From contig JARQWU010000098.1 in assembly GCA_040182905.1 (NCBI GenBank), positions 1 to 33,053 on the forward strand: a stretch of DNA of 33,053 nucleotides. Direction: 5' to 3'. The stretch comes from Barthelona sp. PAP020 (Eukaryota). Shown one piece after another: positions 28,058 through 33,053 of the stretch. The notes beneath the pieces are model-generated. The model had not been told where the DNA came from. It searched no databases and was given only the letters and a program-made list of their open reading frames with translations. The position numbers and the translations under genes are program-made. Every line of letters begins with the position of its first letter. The stretch's first letter is position 1.

Positions 28058-29434
28058 TCAAATACTAGGGCTTCTTTTGTATTTTAATCCAAATTTAAGA
28101 GCATTTCTTGATTGTTGATTCTTTTTACCTTGTTCTAATAAATTTTGTAAAGATGATTGATTCGGAATTTGCAAAAAATGTGAACCATTCTCTTTTAAAT
28201 CAAAAAAATCTTCAGTATTCAATTTAATAATATCTATTTCATCATGATCTGTATCAAGGGATCCATTAAAAATTCTGATTAACGAAGAATCATTACAAGC
28301 CATCACATAACCATCTTTAATTCTTGTAATTCCTATCGAAGGTATTCTAAAGTTTAATAAACGACATTCAACATTGTGTAAAATTGAATTAAATTTAAAA
28401 ACAAAAACTCCCTTAGGAGAAGGACACAAAAATAGTTGTTTGTTTGCAGACCAACAACCTGCAAATTCTGAATTTGGAAGACCCCTTGAAACCTCATGGT
28501 ATTCTCTGTTGAAAAAACCAATTTGATTTTCTATATGATAATTTGTCATTGTAGCAACCCTTTGTCTATAACTATTAGGGTCTCTCCAAGGTTCAGTGAG
28601 CAAATGAAGATCTCGTTCGACAAATGACAAAGTACCATACCGAATATTTTCAGTGACAAAAGCTAATTCATTGTTTGATCGAGGAAAAATATTCTTCACT
28701 TCAAAAGGTAACTCAATCGACTGAACGACCAGAGGCTTTGAACACTTTGAAGAAAGCTTTCGATGATCATGTGTTGAAATAACAGTTTTAGTATGAACTT
28801 TATCTTTATCATCCTTATACTTTGTTTGTGAAATAAGAAAGAAAATATTCGACTTCGACTCGACTTTTGAAATTTTTTTGAAAGAGAAATTTCTTAATTT
28901 ACATTCAAGAAATTTCATTGGTTTTTTGACTGTGGAAGATGAGGACCTTCTATCATATAAATATAAACAGTTATCCGATAATAAATAAATTTCTTTTGAG
29001 TGCACTGCATTTTCAAGGGATCGGAGTTTATCTATTTTAAAAGGCGTACTTAAATGACCAGTATCAATGTTTAAATATCCAAAATTTGGACCAAAATATA
29101 TTTTATTATTATTATCAGTATGAATAAAGGTTGAAAATGGTGGAATTCTGTCATTTTGAAACCAGTTTAAACATGATCCTTGTGTCTCATCAAACAAAGA
29201 ATGAGTGCCATTGTTATGTAATACAAAAAATTTTTCTCCATTCTTTAAGGGTTTCATATCAAATATTGGAGTAATAGAACCAGTTCTTGGATGATAATGA
29301 TTTCCAAACATTAAAGAATAAAAATGGTCATCGCATTTTTTGTTGAAACAATCATATTTCCAATTATTGAATGAATGCAAAACATTTAATTTCTCATAAA
29401 CGAATAAATGTTTAGTTGGGTCGAACAGTGACAT
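28058..29434 (-). CDS. hypothetical protein, possibly a divergent beta-propeller
   Basis: 458-aa beta-rich ORF with LYLYDRR and MACNDSSLIRIF segments reminiscent of WD40 blades. Confidence 0.65.
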   Translation of the reverse strand: MSLFDPTKHLFVYEKLNVLHSFNNWKYDCFNKKCDDHFYSLMFGNHYHPRTGSITPIFDMKPLKNGEKFFVLHNNGTHSLFDETQGSCLNWFQNDRIPPFSTFIHTDNNNKIYFGPNFGYLNIDTGHLSTPFKIDKLRSLENAVHSKEIYLLSDNCLYLYDRRSSSSTVKKPMKFLECKLRNFSFKKISKVESKSNIFFLISQTKYKDDKDKVHTKTVISTHDHRKLSSKCSKPLVVQSIELPFEVKNIFPRSNNELAFVTENIRYGTLSFVERDLHLLTEPWRDPNSYRQRVATMTNYHIENQIGFFNREYHEVSRGLPNSEFAGCWSANKQLFLCPSPKGVFVFKFNSILHNVECRLLNFRIPSIGITRIKDGYVMACNDSSLIRIFNGSLDTDHDEIDIIKLNTEDFFDLKENGSHFLQIPNQSSLQNLLEQGKKNQQSRNALKFGLKYKRSPSI

Positions 29435-29611
29435 AAGTCATTTGTCTAAAATTGCATAATAAAGGTTATGAATAACTAAAATACTTTTTGTTTGCAATGT
29501 AAATATATTGTATTATTCATTTATCTACCTTGACTCCAATATGAATGATATATGTTAAGGAAATGCTTTATCAAAAAAGTGCAAAAGATTTCTTTTTTTG
29601 AATATGAAAAT

Positions 29612-30784
29612 ATGTCGATAATAACTTTACAAATTGGTCAATATGGGAATCAAGTTGGAAGTTCTTTTTTGGAATCCGTGTATAAAGAAGATAATATGAA
29701 TGAACAATTTTTTTACTCAAATAGTAAGAATAATAAACGAATTGCTCGGACTCTTATGATTGATATGGAACCAAAAGTTATAAATTCCTGTATAAATACT
29801 GATTATTCATATTATTTAAAAAGTGAAAATATTATCATGTCACAAAGTGGTTGTTCAAATAATTGGGCTAATGGATATTTAACTAAGCCTAAAATCACTA
29901 ACAGAATAATTGAATCTTTGAGAAAGGAACTGGAATTGACTGATAATACTTGTGGTTTATTGACCTTTCAATCTTTAGCTGGAGGAACTGGGTCTGGTTT
30001 AGGTGCTAAATGTGTTGAAAAAATTAAAGATTCATTTCCAAATCTTCTATTAATGTCACAAGTTGCGTTTCCTTTTGTTAAGTCTGAAATTGCCACACAA
30101 CATTACAATTGTTGTTTATCACTTGCAAGTCTACATGAATCATGCGATTGTTTAATACCATTTGAAAATGATGTAATTTCAGATGTTCTAACAAGAAAAT
30201 TGAATTTGAAGGATCCAAACTTTTCCGACATAAACAAATACATAAATGATAATTTGTTGGGCTGGTTATTACCCTCCATTCCTTCAAAGGGCTATTTATG
30301 GAATCCATTGGATGCTTGCTGTTTTTGTCAAGATTTTTCCCCCCATAAATTGGTGCGATGCAATGTTATTCCCTCTATTATTATTGAACGAAACAAACAA
30401 TTCTCTACATATAGATGGGAATCTTTGGAAAATTATTCCACTGCATTGATCAACACTGGGAATAGTACGGAACATTTCTTGGACTTTTCTTCCAATGAAA
30501 AGATCAATGTTTTTGGTAGCTATCATATTTTTAGAGGGTCGCTTGATGGTTACATACCTCAAGTTGCAAATTATGCTGTTTCCAATAGTTTCCGAGGGAT
30601 GGAAAAATCAATTTGCGTATTGCATTCTTCAGATGCTTGTTTAAATCCTTTAAAACAGATATTGGAATCAGTTAATGTATTGAGGAAATATGGTGCTTAT
30701 TTACATCATTTTCATCGGTTTGGTTTGGAACAAGAAACTATTGATGGTGCAATTGAGTCACTAATATCGTTGATAAACAAATAG
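29612..30784 (+). CDS. TUBD1: delta-tubulin
   Basis: MSIITLQIGQYGNQVG, ARTLMIDMEPKVI, QSGCSNNWANGY, QSLAGGTGSGLG, GAYLHHF. DMEPKVI and QSG-NNWA are delta-type. Confidence 0.87.
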   Translation: MSIITLQIGQYGNQVGSSFLESVYKEDNMNEQFFYSNSKNNKRIARTLMIDMEPKVINSCINTDYSYYLKSENIIMSQSGCSNNWANGYLTKPKITNRIIESLRKELELTDNTCGLLTFQSLAGGTGSGLGAKCVEKIKDSFPNLLLMSQVAFPFVKSEIATQHYNCCLSLASLHESCDCLIPFENDVISDVLTRKLNLKDPNFSDINKYINDNLLGWLLPSIPSKGYLWNPLDACCFCQDFSPHKLVRCNVIPSIIIERNKQFSTYRWESLENYSTALINTGNSTEHFLDFSSNEKINVFGSYHIFRGSLDGYIPQVANYAVSNSFRGMEKSICVLHSSDACLNPLKQILESVNVLRKYGAYLHHFHRFGLEQETIDGAIESLISLINK

Positions 30785-30883
30785 AATAAGTATTTGAATG
30801 ACCAATAATTTATTAAATTTTTTCTGAACAATTGTTTGCAAAATTTGGTGGAGCATTTTTGTCGCTTATTCCTTTCTTTCTTT

Positions 30884-31430
30884 TGGTATTTCATGAGTGA
30901 AATTTTTTTGTTTTCTTCTGCAAAACCCATTGTTTCATTTTTCTTGCCTATCATGAAATATCATTCTGTTTAATGGAAAGTTACCTCTTTGGAAGGCTGT
31001 TGGTATAGCATATGAAGAATGAGGGTTATTTTAAGAGGGGTTGAGCTTTGTTATAAATGTTATAATGTTTAATTTTTCTCTTATTGTTAGCTGCAACATA
31101 AGTTATTCCAAAGAAGATTTATGCTGTAGAAAGAGAAAGGAAACATATCAATTATGGTTTTTCTTGTCAAATCAAATGACACCGCAGACATAGAATGAAA
31201 GAGAAAATTCAATTTCTCTTTTTGCATTCCTTTTTGAATATTTATATATCATAAACATGTTTTACGGCTTAAAATTTTCAGATTAGTAGGGAATTTATTG
31301 CAAAATAATGTTTTTCATTTCCATTCATGCAGTTGTTCCTTCACATTCATATTTTTGGTTTTAACAATTTTTGACATTCTTTACCGAGCTGAAAAGATAC
31401 TATGAACGTGTTGATCACAAGGAATACCAT
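30884..31430 (+). ncRNA. unassigned large structured RNA candidate
   Basis: Series of long stems, with G-U pairs mostly on the + strand, in a 673-nt convergent spacer with no credible ORF (see finding). Confidence 0.42.
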
Positions 31431-31457
31431 TGAAAAAAGAAATTTTTTTTTTTTGAT

Positions 31458-32510
31458 TTACAATTTAACATTGGTATTCGGGGTACCCAACCCAAAATCT
31501 ACATCTGTATCAAGTTTTTGATCTATTTTTGATGACTTATTAACATTTTCCAAAATTTTAAAAACTTTTGCTATGACATCAACTGACAATTTTTTAAACA
31601 TTTTGACATCTTTTTCTAATTGAACAATTTGATCTTTTTTAGAAAGTAATTCTCTTTCTAATTCAAAATTGTTTTTTTTTAACTGAAGAATTTGGTCTTT
31701 ATTTGTTTCTATTTCTTCTGGTTTTTCAATATGGGAAGAAAAATAAATACTAAGATCATTATTGTTAAAAGAAGAGTTTTGAACAATTTTTTCCTCCAAT
31801 TCAACGTTTTTTTTTGTTAATTCATCGATTAAAGCTTGAAACCTTTCGTTTTCGTGTATAATTGTCTCATTTTTCATTATCTCCTGTTGAAATTTCTCTT
31901 CAATCCCCAATTTTTCATTTTCTAATCGTCCTACTACTTTATTAGCTTCATGAAGTTTCTTTTGTTGAATATCAATTTCCTTTTTATAGTTTTGTTGATT
32001 CTTTTGAAGTTGCTCAAACAAATGTTCTTCTTTTTCTTTCACATAATTGATTCTTTCATGTAAATCAACATTGGTTTTCATCAAATTTGTTTTCTCTTCC
32101 GTCAATTTTTTAATTAAAATATTTAAATTTTCAATCACTTTTGCGTTAGAATTTACATTTGATTCCATGGAAGAATCAGTAATATGAATAAGAGTGGGAT
32201 GATTCTGAGATGGTGAAAAAACTCCTGTTGTTGTCGTTTTGGTGGGTGTTGGAGTATTTGAAGGTAAAGAATATGAAACTCCAACATTGGAAATTTCATC
32301 AGAATCAACATCACTCATTTCCCATAAATGCTGTTCATTTGAAATGCTATTTTGATGATATAATGTGCTGTTCATATCAATTTTTGAATCATTTGCAAAT
32401 TCATCACTTAAAAAACCAATCAAAGCGCTTTCTTGTGAATTACCATAAGAAATGATGCTATCAATATCGTCGTCTTCCTCTGACATGTTCACATTTAATT
32501 CAATTGTCAT
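31458..32510 (-). CDS. hypothetical coiled-coil protein
   Basis: 350-aa ORF; Ser/Thr-rich N-terminus followed by long heptad coiled coil. Confidence 0.75.
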   Translation of the reverse strand: MTIELNVNMSEEDDDIDSIISYGNSQESALIGFLSDEFANDSKIDMNSTLYHQNSISNEQHLWEMSDVDSDEISNVGVSYSLPSNTPTPTKTTTTGVFSPSQNHPTLIHITDSSMESNVNSNAKVIENLNILIKKLTEEKTNLMKTNVDLHERINYVKEKEEHLFEQLQKNQQNYKKEIDIQQKKLHEANKVVGRLENEKLGIEEKFQQEIMKNETIIHENERFQALIDELTKKNVELEEKIVQNSSFNNNDLSIYFSSHIEKPEEIETNKDQILQLKKNNFELERELLSKKDQIVQLEKDVKMFKKLSVDVIAKVFKILENVNKSSKIDQKLDTDVDFGLGTPNTNVKL

Positions 32511-32829
32511 ATTACATTATTCATTCAAATGAAACTCAATTATTTTGAAAATAAAATAAAAAAATCTGTTTAGACACACTGAAAAAAAAAGAAGTGTTGA
32601 TTTAATAGCTGCCATAACTTTGGATTTATTTTTATCCTTTTTGTGGAATTCAAAAAGAAATTAATGATAAAGTTTCTCTCAGTTTTTTTTTTTTTTTCGT
32701 CAACTTTTCAATGGCAAATTAGAATTTGAAAGTATTTGAAGAAAAATTACTCTTTTCAAGTGAATAAAAATATAAAATAATGAAAATTGTTGAATAATCA
32801 TTTGTCTTTTTTTTATTTTAATCAAACGT

Positions 32830-33053
32830 ATGGTTGACGAAACCAAAGTTGAAGCAATTGAATCCAAAGATATTGAAACGATAAGAACACTTCTTACAAA
32901 ATACAATATTATTGATATTGTTAATGTAACTGATATTGATTCTATTGATTCTAAACAATTTTTGAATAATAATTTTCTTCGAGAATTAATGAATTATTGT
33001 AACAATAAATCTAATTATTCTTTTGGAGTGAGAACAATTTGTTTAAATATTTT
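32830..33053 (+). CDS. hypothetical protein, 5' part (runs off the window)
   Basis: ATG at 32830, open to the window end: MVDETKVEAIESKDIETIRTLLTKY... Confidence 0.6.
   Translation, partial: MVDETKVEAIESKDIETIRTLLTKYNIIDIVNVTDIDSIDSKQFLNNNFLRELMNYCNNKSNYSFGVRTICLNI

Noticed and set aside
31015..31045. AACCCC/TAACCCT tracts (- strand) as a telomerase template
   Set aside because: Not 1.5 perfect copies of a repeat, and opposite to the strand favoured by G-U pairs.
31408..31427. Hairpin with loop GAUCACAAGG resembling U1 stem-loop I
   Set aside because: No correctly placed ACUUACC 5' end and no stem-loop II downstream; the sequence runs into a coding gene.
1..33053. tRNA, rRNA, CRISPR, transposon or alternative genetic code
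   Set aside because: I saw no cloverleafs, repeat-spacer arrays, transposase/RT motifs or terminal repeats. All three stop codons end clear genes, and ORF breaks are explained by introns.

Overview
AT-rich, very gene-dense eukaryotic (protist) DNA. TAA, TAG and TGA all end clear genes, so the genetic code is standard. Delta-tubulin and a TOG/crescerin-like gene suggest a flagellate. Introns are rare, with the branch point (CTAAY) only 2-5 nt before the 3' HAG, resembling metamonad introns (lineage is inference). Recognisable genes: Dna2, a divergent Rab7, a bacterial-type DUF2589 protein, eIF2B-epsilon, a UCH deubiquitinase, a PDI-family protein, a WD40 protein, an SPFH/band-7 protein, a TOG protein, an LRR protein, a SatP/Gpr1 acetate channel, THUMPD1/Tan1 and delta-tubulin. 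The main discovery is non-coding. Introns fall into two classes: 36-38 nt with no insert, and 124-151 nt each carrying a small guide RNA. At about 20.2-20.5 kb (- strand) an apparently non-coding host transcript with a 10-nt micro-exon carries two box C/D snoRNAs. Their guides point at the sites modified by yeast snR74 (18S Am28) and snR73 (25S Cm2959), in the same order as in the yeast snR78-72 cluster. Two other long introns hold single-hairpin H/ACA-like RNAs. Two oversized convergent spacers (about 14.5-14.7 kb and 30.9-31.4 kb) contain unassigned multi-stem structured RNA candidates.
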